Part shown: one piece after another, positions 17,811-26,239 of the stretch
Layout: each line of letters opens with the position of its first letter
How positions within the stretch are numbered: the first letter of the stretch is position 1
Source of the DNA: an uncultured Alphaproteobacteria bacterium
GTDB taxonomy: Bacteria > Pseudomonadota > Alphaproteobacteria > Rhizobiales > Ancalomicrobiaceae
Direction: 5' to 3'
DNA: 37,086 bases
NCBI GenBank assembly: GCA_937873675.1
Contig: CALMYM010000444.1
Coordinates: 1-37,086, forward strand
Made by a program: the position numbers and the translations under genes
The notes under the pieces: model-generated
What the model was told of the DNA's origin: nothing
The model's input: the letters and a program-made list of their open reading frames with translations, nothing else
Databases searched by the model: none

Positions 17811-18529
17811 CCGACATCCCCACCCCCGTCCCCTCCGACGAGGCGCCGCATCTCCTCGTCGTCGACGACGACAACCGCATCCGCACCCTGATCTCCCGCT
17901 TCCTCGCCGAGAACGGCTTCCGCGTCACCATCGCCGCCTCCGCGGCGGAGGCGCGCAAGAAGCTCGCCATCATCGACTTCGACATGCTGGTGCTCGACGT
18001 GATGATGCCGGGCGAGAGCGGCATGGACTTCGCCGCCGACCTGCGCCGCACCTCGGCGGTGCCGATCCTCATGCTCACCGCCCGCTCCGAGACCGAGAGC
18101 CGCATCCGCGGGCTCGAGATCGGCGCCGACGACTACCTCTCCAAGCCCTTCGACCCGCGCGAACTGTTGCTGCGCATCGCCAACATCCTCAAGCGCGGCG
18201 GACCGGCGCAGCCCAAGGCCAAGACCAGCGAGATCCGCTTCGGCCCCTACGTCTGGAACGTCGAGCGCGACGAACTGAAACGCGACGACGAGGTGGTGCG
18301 CCTCACCGACAGCGAGTTGCGCCTCATGCGCATGTTCGCCGACCGGCCGGGCGAGGCCATCCCCCGCCACGAGATCGTCCAGGGCGAGAGCGCACTCGGC
18401 GACCGCACCGCCGACGTCCAGATCAACCGGCTGCGCCGCAAGATCGAGACCGATCCCGCCAATCCCCTCCATCTGGTCACCGTGCGTGGCCAGGGCTACC
18501 GGTTGAAGACCGATCAGGCGGTGGGATGA
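17807..18529 (+). CDS. OmpR-family response regulator (CenR/PetR-like)
   Basis: 240 aa. Receiver domain (HLLVVDDD...LVLDVMMPG...LTAR...DDYLSKPF) plus winged-helix output (VQINRLRRKIE...TVRGQGYRL). GTG start preceded by GAGGAGG. Confidence 0.85.
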   Translation: MTDIPTPVPSDEAPHLLVVDDDNRIRTLISRFLAENGFRVTIAASAAEARKKLAIIDFDMLVLDVMMPGESGMDFAADLRRTSAVPILMLTARSETESRIRGLEIGADDYLSKPFDPRELLLRIANILKRGGPAQPKAKTSEIRFGPYVWNVERDELKRDDEVVRLTDSELRLMRMFADRPGEAIPRHEIVQGESALGDRTADVQINRLRRKIETDPANPLHLVTVRGQGYRLKTDQAVG

Positions 18530-20535
18530 GCGACCCCGGTGAGCGACCCGCGCCCCCTCCGCGCGCCTTGCGCGACACGCCGGTCATCCGCGTGCGCCTC
18601 GCCTGGCGCCGCTTCGCCCGTGCCATCGCCGAGCGCATGCCCAAGGGCCTCTACGGCCGCTCGCTGCTGATCGTCATCCTGCCGATGCTGATCCTGCAGT
18701 CGGTGGTCGCCTACGTCTTCATGGAGCGCCACTGGGACCTCGTCACCCGCCGCCTGTCGGAGGCGCTGACCCGCGACATCGCCGCCATCATCGCCGTGGT
18801 CGAGACCTACCCGCAGGATCCCGACTGGGACATCGTCACCCGCATCGCCCGGCGCGACCTCGGCATCCAGGTGTCGCTGCTGAAGGGCGAGGAACTGCCG
18901 CCGCCGGGGCCGAAGCCGTTCTTCTCGCTGCTCGACACCGCGCTCTCCGACGAGATCGTCACCCGCATCCATCGCCCCTTCTGGATCGACACCGTCGGCA
19001 ATTCCGATCTCGTCGAGATCCGCATCGACATGGGCACCGACGTGTTGCGGGTCATGGCCCGCCGCTCGCAGGCCTATGCGTCGAACTCGCACATCTTCCT
19101 GGTGTGGATGGTGACCACCTCGTTCGTGCTGCTCACCATCGCCATCCTCTTCCTGCGCAATCAGATCCGCCCGATCCAACGGCTCGCCGACGCCGCCGAG
19201 AGCTTCGGCAAGGGCCATGCCGTCGGCGACTTCAAGCCGACCGGCGCCCGCGAGGTGCGACGCGCCGGCGAGGCCTTCGCCGTCATGCGCCGCCGCATCG
19301 AGCGCCAGATCGACCAGCGCACCACCATGCTCGCCGGCGTCAGCCACGATCTGAGGACGGTCCTCACCCGCTTCCGCCTGCAACTGGCGCTGCTTCCTCC
19401 GGGCGCCGAGATCGAGGCGCTGGAGGCCGACGTCGACGAGATGCAGGCGATGCTCGAGGCCTATCTCGCCTTCGCCCGCGGCGAGGGCGACGAGGAGGCG
19501 GTGGCGACCGACGTCGCCGAGACGCTGCGCTCGATCCAGGCCGAGGCCGACCGCGCCGGCTTCGATGTGACGCTGAGCTTCGAGGGCGAGTCCGTGCTGA
19601 CGGTCCGCCCCAACGCCTTCAAGCGCATGGTCGGCAATCTCGTCGGCAACGCCTGCCGCCACGGCGAACACGTGATGCTCTCCGGCCGCCACGCCGAGGG
19701 CTATCTCTTCGTCACCGTCGACGACGACGGCCCCGGCGTGCCGGAAGACGAACGCGCCAACGTCTTCCGCCCGTTCTACCGCCTCGACGAAGCGCGCAAC
19801 CAGGACGAGGGCGGCACCGGTCTCGGCCTCGCCATCGCCCGCGACATCGCCCGCGGCCACGGCGGCGACATCACCCTCGACACCGCTCCGATGGGCGGCT
19901 TGCGAGCGGTGGTGGGGACCCCGGGGTGCCGCGCGTCAACCGCGACGGCGACGTTCGGCGACGCGGCCGAGGGCGAAACCGCCGGCGACGATCTCCAATC
20001 CACCGACGGTGAGCCGCATGCGATGAACGATGGCTCCGTCGTCGCGACGATCGATCTCGTCGCGGAGGATCTCGACGGCAGGTCGAGTGATGTCGACGAG
20101 ATCGAAGGTCTCGCATCGGACCGCTTCGAGGTCGCGATAGACGAGGTCGACGTCGCGATAGCCGATGCCGAGATGGCCGGTCGTCACCCGGAGAACGAGA
20201 TCGCGACGGGTGCGCCGGACCTGTTTGACGAGGCCGTCGTGGAGGCCGATCTCGGTGGCGAGGCGCAGCGGATCGCTGGGCTCGCCGAAGGTCGCGCGCA
20301 GATGGGCGAGGAGCCGCGACGGGGCGTCGTCGTCACGCCCTCGTTCCCAGGCCGGCGTCAGGAAACGCAACCGGATCACGCCGGCCCTTCCGCCGGCCGC
20401 GTCGGCATGAACACGTGGCCGTTGAAGTGGAACACCCGGTTTCCCGCTTCGTCGAAGCCTTCGTTGAGCGAGTTCACCACGCCCCAGCCGGGACGGCTGG
20501 CGAAGGCGCGGGTCGACGTGAAGGTGGTGCGGTAG
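18526..20535 (+). CDS. EnvZ-like HAMP sensor histidine kinase. The recognisable domains end near nt 19920. The ORF has no in-frame stop until 20535, and the last ~200 codons are antisense to other genes.
   Basis: Two TM segments, then HAMP, then the H-box MLAGVSHDLRTVL. The N/G boxes are GNLVGNACRHG and DDDGPGVP...GGTGLGLAIARDIARGHGG. Beyond ...GGLRAVV the translation is acidic low-complexity and contains two ATA codons. See the finding at 19900-20535. Confidence 0.75.
   Translation: MSDPGERPAPPPRALRDTPVIRVRLAWRRFARAIAERMPKGLYGRSLLIVILPMLILQSVVAYVFMERHWDLVTRRLSEALTRDIAAIIAVVETYPQDPDWDIVTRIARRDLGIQVSLLKGEELPPPGPKPFFSLLDTALSDEIVTRIHRPFWIDTVGNSDLVEIRIDMGTDVLRVMARRSQAYASNSHIFLVWMVTTSFVLLTIAILFLRNQIRPIQRLADAAESFGKGHAVGDFKPTGAREVRRAGEAFAVMRRRIERQIDQRTTMLAGVSHDLRTVLTRFRLQLALLPPGAEIEALEADVDEMQAMLEAYLAFARGEGDEEAVATDVAETLRSIQAEADRAGFDVTLSFEGESVLTVRPNAFKRMVGNLVGNACRHGEHVMLSGRHAEGYLFVTVDDDGPGVPEDERANVFRPFYRLDEARNQDEGGTGLGLAIARDIARGHGGDITLDTAPMGGLRAVVGTPGCRASTATATFGDAAEGETAGDDLQSTDGEPHAMNDGSVVATIDLVAEDLDGRSSDVDEIEGLASDRFEVAIDEVDVAIADAEMAGRHPENEIATGAPDLFDEAVVEADLGGEAQRIAGLAEGRAQMGEEPRRGVVVTPSFPGRRQETQPDHAGPSAGRVGMNTWPLKWNTRFPASSKPSLSEFTTPQPGRLAKARVDVKVVR
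19936..20379 (-). CDS. Hypothetical protein, third gene of the MaoC-MaoC operon (fully overlapped on the opposite strand by the kinase ORF extension)
   Basis: 147 aa from a GTG that overlaps the upstream MaoC stop (GTGA). The composition is protein-like (VIRLRFLTPAWERG...GHLGIGYRDVDLVYRDLEAV...). No family recognised. Confidence 0.5.
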   Translation of the reverse strand: MIRLRFLTPAWERGRDDDAPSRLLAHLRATFGEPSDPLRLATEIGLHDGLVKQVRRTRRDLVLRVTTGHLGIGYRDVDLVYRDLEAVRCETFDLVDITRPAVEILRDEIDRRDDGAIVHRMRLTVGGLEIVAGGFALGRVAERRRRG

Positions 20536-20864
20536 CGGATCGTCTGGCCGGCGAGTACCGGCTTGGTCCAGCGCATGGCGTCGAAGCCCGGCGACGGCCC
20601 GGCCACCGGCAGGTCCTCGCCGCGCGCCTTCGCCTCGGCCATGACGCGGTTCTGATGGTCGATCCACAGCCGCATCCAGGCGCAGGCGACGTGCCACCCC
20701 GAGGCCGCGAGCCCGCCGAAGAGCGAAGCCTTGCCGGCCTCCTCGTCGAGATGGAACGGCTGCGGATCGAAATCGCGGGCGAAGTCGACGATCTCGTCCG
20801 CCGTGAAGGTCCAGGTGCCGAGCTCGATGGTTTCGCCGGGGGCGAAGGCTTCGAGATACCTCAT
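20376..20864 (-). CDS. MaoC family (hot-dog fold) dehydratase
   Basis: 162 aa. Contains FARDFDPQPFHLDEEAGKASLFGGLAASGWH. GGGAGG Shine-Dalgarno. Its ATG overlaps the upstream stop (ATGA). Confidence 0.8.
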   Translation of the reverse strand: MRYLEAFAPGETIELGTWTFTADEIVDFARDFDPQPFHLDEEAGKASLFGGLAASGWHVACAWMRLWIDHQNRVMAEAKARGEDLPVAGPSPGFDAMRWTKPVLAGQTIRYRTTFTSTRAFASRPGWGVVNSLNEGFDEAGNRVFHFNGHVFMPTRPAEGPA

Positions 20865-21343
20865 GCCGCCTCCCGCCGCCCGATCATCAGGGTCGATTCC
20901 ATCGTCATCACCAACTCGCCGCGCTGATTGGTCACCTCGAAATGCCCCCGCACGAAGCCGAGCCGCGCCCGGCTCGCCGACGTGCGCAATTCGGCGACGA
21001 TCAGCGCCGCGCTGATCGTGTCGCCGGGATGGACCGGCTTCTTCCACTTCAGGCTCTCGATGCCGGGCGAGCCCAGCGACGCCGAACCGAGGAGCAGGTT
21101 GTCGCAGAAGAGCCGCATCACCAGCGAGCCGGTGTGCCACCCGGAAGCCGACAGCCCGTGCAGCAGCGAGGCGTCGCCCGCCCCGTCCTCGAGATGCATC
21201 GGCTGCGGGTCCCATTTCGCCGCGAAGGCGACGATCTCGTCGCGGCTCACGGTGCGCGAGCCGAGAACGATGCTCTGGCCGACGTGGAAATCCTCGAACC
21301 ACCGCGGGGTCGGGCCGCGGGGCGGTGTCTCGATATCGGTCAT
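20861..21343 (-). CDS. MaoC family (hot-dog fold) dehydratase, paralog
   Basis: 160 aa. Contains FAAKWDPQPMHLEDGAGDASLLHGLSASGWH. Confidence 0.8.
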   Translation of the reverse strand: MTDIETPPRGPTPRWFEDFHVGQSIVLGSRTVSRDEIVAFAAKWDPQPMHLEDGAGDASLLHGLSASGWHTGSLVMRLFCDNLLLGSASLGSPGIESLKWKKPVHPGDTISAALIVAELRTSASRARLGFVRGHFEVTNQRGELVMTMESTLMIGRREAA

Positions 21344-21385
21344 GGTAGGCTCGGCGTCTCCAGCGTTCCGACGGGATTCGACCCC

Positions 21386-21676
21386 ATGTTCGATCAACTC
21401 CTCGCCCTCGACGCCTTTCTCGCCCCGAGGCTCATCCGCCCCTTCTATCTGATCGGCGCGGCGCTGGCTCTGCTCTGGGGGCTGAGCGGCTTTCTCGTCG
21501 GATTGGTGCTGCTCGTCCAGATCCCCTGGGCCGGGGTCTTCACCATCACCTTCGCGTTGCTCTCGGGACTGCTGCTCTTCCTCGGCGTCCGCCTCTTCGC
21601 CGAAGGACTGATGGCGACGCTGCGCATGCACACCCGTTTCGTCGGCGGCAACCCGCGCGATCCGATCCCGGAATGA
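21386..21676 (+). CDS. DUF4282-like small membrane protein
   Basis: 96 aa. N-terminus MFDQLLALDAFLAPRLIRPFYLIGAALALL followed by two further hydrophobic helices. Confidence 0.6.
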   Translation: MFDQLLALDAFLAPRLIRPFYLIGAALALLWGLSGFLVGLVLLVQIPWAGVFTITFALLSGLLLFLGVRLFAEGLMATLRMHTRFVGGNPRDPIPE

Positions 21677-21737
21677 AAGGACGAATTCGGCACCCGGGCT
21701 CGGCCCCCGCCGCCCCCGCGAAGCGCGGCACGGGTCC

Positions 21738-22379
21738 TCAGATCCCCGAGCCCTCCGCCTCCTCGCTCGAGGCGCCGCGGCGGCGGGTGAAGCGGCAGGC
21801 GAGACCGGTGAGCCGCTCGGCCCGCGCCTGCCAGTCGCCGAGCCGATCCAACGTCTCGTCGAGCGCCGCCATGGTCTTGGGCAGCCCCTCCTCCTCGTCG
21901 GCGAGGAAGACCGGCAACAGCCGGACGAGCGCGGCGGCGAGCGCCGGGGCGCGCAGCCGGCCGAGAAGGCCGGCGGTGGAGATGCCGGCACTCTCCAGGA
22001 GCCACGACTGCGAGCCGCAGGACAGCCGCGCCAGATGGCAGGCGAGCACCGGATCGCGCCGCGCCGACCGCTCGAGCCCGGCGATGCCCTCGCGATAGGG
22101 AACCAGGAGATCGAAGCGCCGCATCAGCGCGTCGAACAGCCGTTCGCGACGCGGTTCTTCGGCGAGCGACGGGTCGTCCGTCTCCAACACCCCGACGTCG
22201 ATGCGGCGGCAGAAGCTCGCGAGAATGGCGAAGGGGCCGTCGTAGGCCTTGCGCAGCGTCGCCAGATCGAAGCCGGCGCGTTCGGCGATCTCGGCGAGAC
22301 GGATGTCGAGAAACGGCTTCTCGGCGGCGAGCGCCAAGAGGGCGTCTTCGATCTTCTGCTCGACCTTCTTCGTCGCCAT
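21738..22379 (-). CDS. TetR/AcrR-like transcriptional regulator
   Basis: 213 aa. N-terminal HTH region IEDALLALAAEKPFLDIRLAEIAERAGFDLATLRKAY. Confidence 0.65.
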   Translation of the reverse strand: MATKKVEQKIEDALLALAAEKPFLDIRLAEIAERAGFDLATLRKAYDGPFAILASFCRRIDVGVLETDDPSLAEEPRRERLFDALMRRFDLLVPYREGIAGLERSARRDPVLACHLARLSCGSQSWLLESAGISTAGLLGRLRAPALAAALVRLLPVFLADEEEGLPKTMAALDETLDRLGDWQARAERLTGLACRFTRRRGASSEEAEGSGI

Positions 22380-22450
22380 GACGGCCTCCGTGGATCGCGC
22401 CGCCACCATAGGCCCGACGCGCGCGAGATTCCAGCCGGGGTCCCGCGACG

Positions 22451-22475
22451 AAAAAGGCCGCTCGAAGCGGCCTTT
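22451..22475 (-). terminator. Rho-independent terminator of prs
   Basis: AAAGGCCGC ttcga GCGGCCTTT followed by TTTTTCG on the minus strand, about 30 nt after the prs stop. Confidence 0.7.
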
Positions 22476-22501
22476 CTCATGCGTGTCCCGAGGAACTCGG
22501 C

Positions 22502-23434
22502 TCAGTCGAACAGGCTCGACACCGACTTCTCCTGCGCCGTGCGGGCGATCGCTTCGCCGAGCAGCGGCGCGACGGAGAGGACGCGGATGTTCGAGGCGGC
22601 CTTGATCGCCTCGGTCGGCTGGATCGAATCGGTGATCACCAGCTCCTTCAGCGCCGAGGCCGAGATGCGGGTGACCGCGCCGCCGGACAGCACGCCGTGG
22701 GTGCAGTAGGCCGAGACGTCCTTGGCGCCGCGGGCGAGCAGCGCCTCGGCGGCGTTGCACAGCGTGCCGCCGGAATCGATGATGTCGTCGACCAGGATGC
22801 AGGAGCGGCCCGAGACGTCGCCGATGACGTTCATCACCTCCGATTCGCCCGGCCGTTCGCGCCGCTTGTCGACGATGGCGAGCGACGCGTCGATGCGCTT
22901 GGCCAGCGCCCGGGCGCGCACCACGCCGCCGACGTCGGGCGACACCACCATGACGGTGCCCGGCGCGTAGCGCTCCTTGATGTCGCGCATCATCACCGGC
23001 GCGGCATAGAGGTTGTCGGTCGGGATGTCGAAGAAGCCCTGGATCTGACCGGCGTGGAGATCGATGGTCAGCACCCGGTCGGCGCCGGCGCGGGTGATCA
23101 GGTTGGCGACCAGCTTGGCCGAGATCGGCGTCCGCGGGCCGGGCTTACGGTCCTGGCGGGCATAGCCGAAATAGGGCAGCACCGCGGTGATGCGCTTGGC
23201 CGACGACCGACGCAGCGCGTCGATCATGATCAGGAGCTCCATCAGGTGGTCGTTGGCCGGATAGGAGGTCGACTGCAGGACGAAGGTGTCCTCGCCGCGC
23301 ACGTTCTCCTGGATCTCGACGAAGATCTCCTGGTCGGCGAAGCGACGCACCAGGCAGCTCGACAGCGGAATCTCGAGATACTTGGTGATGGCGTCGGCCA
23401 GGGCCCGGTTGGAATTGCCGCAGACGAGCTTCAT
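22502..23434 (-). CDS. prs: Ribose-phosphate pyrophosphokinase
   Basis: 310 aa. N-terminus [20 protein letters not shown]..., then [10 protein letters not shown], and the PRPP-binding loop [13 protein letters not shown]. Confidence 0.9.
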   Translation of the reverse strand: MKLVCGNSNRALADAITKYLEIPLSSCLVRRFADQEIFVEIQENVRGEDTFVLQSTSYPANDHLMELLIMIDALRRSSAKRITAVLPYFGYARQDRKPGPRTPISAKLVANLITRAGADRVLTIDLHAGQIQGFFDIPTDNLYAAPVMMRDIKERYAPGTVMVVSPDVGGVVRARALAKRIDASLAIVDKRRERPGESEVMNVIGDVSGRSCILVDDIIDSGGTLCNAAEALLARGAKDVSAYCTHGVLSGGAVTRISASALKELVITDSIQPTEAIKAASNIRVLSVAPLLGEAIARTAQEKSVSSLFD

Positions 23435-23611
23435 CGTGAGCCTCTCGACGAGGGATCGGCTCCGGGCGTCGGCCGGAGACCGGAAAAGGCGATCGGCGCC
23501 ACCGGTGGGCGCCGCGGATGGCGGGCCTTTTATCAAGCCCGTTCAATTCCGTAAACCGACGATCTCGCATCTGCGGTATCGCCGACGGGCCCGCGACGAT
23601 CTCGATACCGA

Positions 23612-23724
23612 GCGCATGATGTTCCGACCCGTTCGGAGCTTCATGCGCGAAGGCGAGCCCGAACGGGCGTCGGCCGGTCAGGCCGTGACGCTCACGTGAG
23701 CCGGACCGGTCCGGATCACGTGAG
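23612..23724 (+). repeat. Structured intergenic repeat element, copy 3
   Basis: 5' hairpin at 23612-23648 (GCGCATGA..TCCGA / TCGGA..TCATGCGC). Core is GAAGGCGAGCCCGAACGGGCGTCGGCCGGTCAGGCCGTGACGCT. 3' hairpin at 23691-23724 (TCACGTGAgCCGGAC c GGTCCGGaTCACGTGA). The element ends 8 nt from the stop of the minus-strand lipoprotein gene. Confidence 0.8.
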
Positions 23725-23731
23725 CCCCGAT

Positions 23732-24274
23732 TCACGTCGCGGCGCGGGTCAACCAAGCCTTGATGGCGCGCGCCGCGCTGACCGCCAGACGCTCCTCGAC
23801 ATCGGTGTCGACGCGGCTCCACGGATCGCCGTCGCTGTTCTTGGCCACTTCCTGGCCGACGATGCGGTGCACCCGCGTCCCCGACGCATCGAAGATCTCG
23901 TAGGTGTAGATCACCGTCGTCGCCGTCTCGTGGCCGAGGGCGACGAAATGTCCCTGGACGCGATAGGTCGCCGGCTCGTCGAGACGATGGACGATCTCGA
24001 TGCCCATCGCCTTCGCCCGATCGCGGAAGCGGTGATAGATCCCGTCGGCGGTGGTCACCGGAACGCCGGTATAGGGCAGCATCTGCACCGAGGCGTGGCC
24101 GGCAGGCGGCGCGGACGTGAGCGGCGGCACCCGGGTGCGACCGGAGATCAGCGACCCGGACCCTCCGAGCCCGCTCTCCTCGACGCAGGCGGAGAGAAAC
24201 CCGACGGCGAGCGCGGCGACGCCTGCTCGCATCAGGAACGACCGGCGGCCGAGGGAAACGTCGGATCGGGACAT
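23732..24274 (-). CDS. Hypothetical lipoprotein
   Basis: 180 aa. RRSFLMRAGVAALAVGFLSAC is a lipobox (LSAC) preceded by an RR-containing n-region. Confidence 0.6.
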   Translation of the reverse strand: MSRSDVSLGRRSFLMRAGVAALAVGFLSACVEESGLGGSGSLISGRTRVPPLTSAPPAGHASVQMLPYTGVPVTTADGIYHRFRDRAKAMGIEIVHRLDEPATYRVQGHFVALGHETATTVIYTYEIFDASGTRVHRIVGQEVAKNSDGDPWSRVDTDVEERLAVSAARAIKAWLTRAAT

Positions 24275-24359
24275 GGAGGCGCGGCCCTGCGTGGACTTCA
24301 CGGGTGTCCCGTGTCTAGCCGAGAACGGCGCGGCGGTCGAGACGTCGCCGCGTCCCACC

Positions 24360-25133
24360 TCACCGGGTTTCGGTGAGCGCGATCGCCGAGACGAGCCGGC
24401 CGTAGTCCGGTTCGGCCCGGTGGGTGGTGCGGCGATAGGAGAAGAAGCGGTCTTCGTCGGCGTAGGTGCACAGCGCCAGGTTCTCCGCCCGGCCGACGCC
24501 GGCGCGCTCCAGCCGCATGACGATGAAGGCCGGCAGATCGAACATGGCGTGGCCCGACCGCTCGGACGGGCCGAAGAAGCGGGCATGCGCGGCGTCCTCG
24601 CCGACGAAACGCTCGACGAATTCCGGGCCGACCTCGTAGGCCTCGGCCGAGATCGTCGGCCCGAGCACCGCGACGATGTCGGAGCGCACCGCCCCGAGCC
24701 CCTCCATGGCGGCGATCGTCGCCTCGATCACCCCGCCGATCGCCCCCTTCCAGCCGGCATGCGCCGCCCCGACCGCCCGGCCACGGGCGTCGGCGAAGAG
24801 GATCGGGCCGCAGTCGGCGGTCGCCACCCCGACGGCGAGACCGGGACGCGCCGTCACCACCGCGTCGGCATGCGGCCCCTCGCCGTGCGACCACGGCTCC
24901 TCGACCACCACCACGTCCGGCGAATGCACCTGATAGGGCATGGCGAGAGCCCGATCCTCGACCCCGAGGGCGCGGGCGACGCGGGCGCGGTTCTCGATCA
25001 CCGCGTCGCGCAGATCGCGCGAGCCGAGACCGACGTTGAGGCTGGCGTAGAGCCCCTCCGACACTCCGCCGTCGCGGGTGAAGAAGCCGTGGGCGATGCC
25101 GGGAAGAGCGGAGAGTGCGTTGGAACGGATCAC
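24360..25133 (-). CDS. pgeF: Peptidoglycan editing factor PgeF (YfiH/laccase-domain family)
   Basis: 257 aa from a GTG. Family motifs: HGFFTRDGG, QVHS, ADC.P, HAGWKG, CTY...FFSYRR. Confidence 0.85.
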   Translation of the reverse strand: MIRSNALSALPGIAHGFFTRDGGVSEGLYASLNVGLGSRDLRDAVIENRARVARALGVEDRALAMPYQVHSPDVVVVEEPWSHGEGPHADAVVTARPGLAVGVATADCGPILFADARGRAVGAAHAGWKGAIGGVIEATIAAMEGLGAVRSDIVAVLGPTISAEAYEVGPEFVERFVGEDAAHARFFGPSERSGHAMFDLPAFIVMRLERAGVGRAENLALCTYADEDRFFSYRRTTHRAEPDYGRLVSAIALTETR

Positions 25134-25138
25134 GGCGC

Positions 25139-26239
25139 TCAGGGTCCCGAAGCGAGAGGAAAGCCGGGCGGCACGACGCCCGGCGGAGTGACGGCGAGAA
25201 CCTTGAAGAGCGAGCCCATCTCCTCCGGCCCGACGAGGCGGGAGACCTGGGAGACGATCTCGGCGCGCGCCGTCTCGTCCTTGTCGGCGCCGAGGCGGCC
25301 CGCCCGTTCGGCGAGCCCCAGGGCGAGAAGGAAGTCGCCCTGCTCGATCGGTCCGTGGGTCGCGGCGCCGGCGTGGGTCGCGGCGGCGGCGAGGGCGGTG
25401 AAATCGACGTGGGCGGTCAGATCCGCCTCGCCCGGCCGGCCGAGCGGATCGACGTAGGTGTGGGCGCGGATCGCCTGGAACGTGTCGCCCAAGGCCGGAC
25501 CGGCATAGCCGTAGTCGACGGCGACGACGAGGCCGCGCTCGGCCACGACCCGTTTCGCCAGCGCCGTCATGATCTCGACGCCGACCGGCGAGATCTCGAC
25601 GATCGACCCCTCCTCGGGCACACCCGCCCGCGGCGACACGGCATCGGCCGGTAGCGTCGCCGGGCCGAGGCCGAAGGCGAGAACCCCGGTCTCGTCGAGG
25701 CCGACGACGCGCTCGTGCCAGCGCCCGTCGCGATATTCGAACTGGCGGATCGGCAGGGCGTCGAAGAACTCGTTGGCGACCACCAGCAACGGCCCCTCCG
25801 GCAGGGTGTCGAGCCGGTCGTGCCACGTCGGCTTCAGCGACTGGTTCGCCAGCGTCGCCGCCTGCTTGGCCCTCAGCCGCGGGCTCGTCTCGTCGAGATG
25901 CAGCCGCGCCGCGGCGAGAAAGGCCGGGACCCGCCGGGCGACCCGCAGCAGATCCGCCATCAGCGTGCCGCGCCCGGGACCGAATTCGACGAGATTGAAC
26001 GGCGCCGGCCGCCCGAGCCGTTCCCAGGTCTCCACCACGAAGGCGCCGATCATCTCGCCGAACATCTGCGAGACCTCGGGCGCGGTGACGAAATCGCCCG
26101 CCTGCCCGAAGGGTTCGCGCGCCATGTAGTAGCCGTGCTCGGGATCGCCGAGGCACAGCGCCATGTAGTCGAAGACCGGCATCGGCCCGTTCAGCCGGAC
26201 GAGCGCCCGAATGCGGTGCTCGAGCGGCGTCGGGCTCAT
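25139..26239 (-). CDS. Class I SAM-dependent methyltransferase, MidA/NDUFAF7 (DUF185) family
   Basis: 366 aa. Contains GDFVTAPEVSQMFGEMIG and LVEFGPGRGTLMADLL. Its ATG overlaps the lgt stop (ATGA). Confidence 0.8.
   Translation of the reverse strand: MSPTPLEHRIRALVRLNGPMPVFDYMALCLGDPEHGYYMAREPFGQAGDFVTAPEVSQMFGEMIGAFVVETWERLGRPAPFNLVEFGPGRGTLMADLLRVARRVPAFLAAARLHLDETSPRLRAKQAATLANQSLKPTWHDRLDTLPEGPLLVVANEFFDALPIRQFEYRDGRWHERVVGLDETGVLAFGLGPATLPADAVSPRAGVPEEGSIVEISPVGVEIMTALAKRVVAERGLVVAVDYGYAGPALGDTFQAIRAHTYVDPLGRPGEADLTAHVDFTALAAAATHAGAATHGPIEQGDFLLALGLAERAGRLGADKDETARAEIVSQVSRLVGPEEMGSLFKVLAVTPPGVVPPGFPLASGP

Noticed and set aside
19936-20535. The C-terminal ~200 aa of the kinase ORF as a genuine extra domain.
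   Set aside because: Not accepted as a domain. It is acidic low-complexity, contains ATA codons, and is in codon-register antisense to two minus-strand genes. It is kept as a finding because the missing stop codon still needs an explanation.
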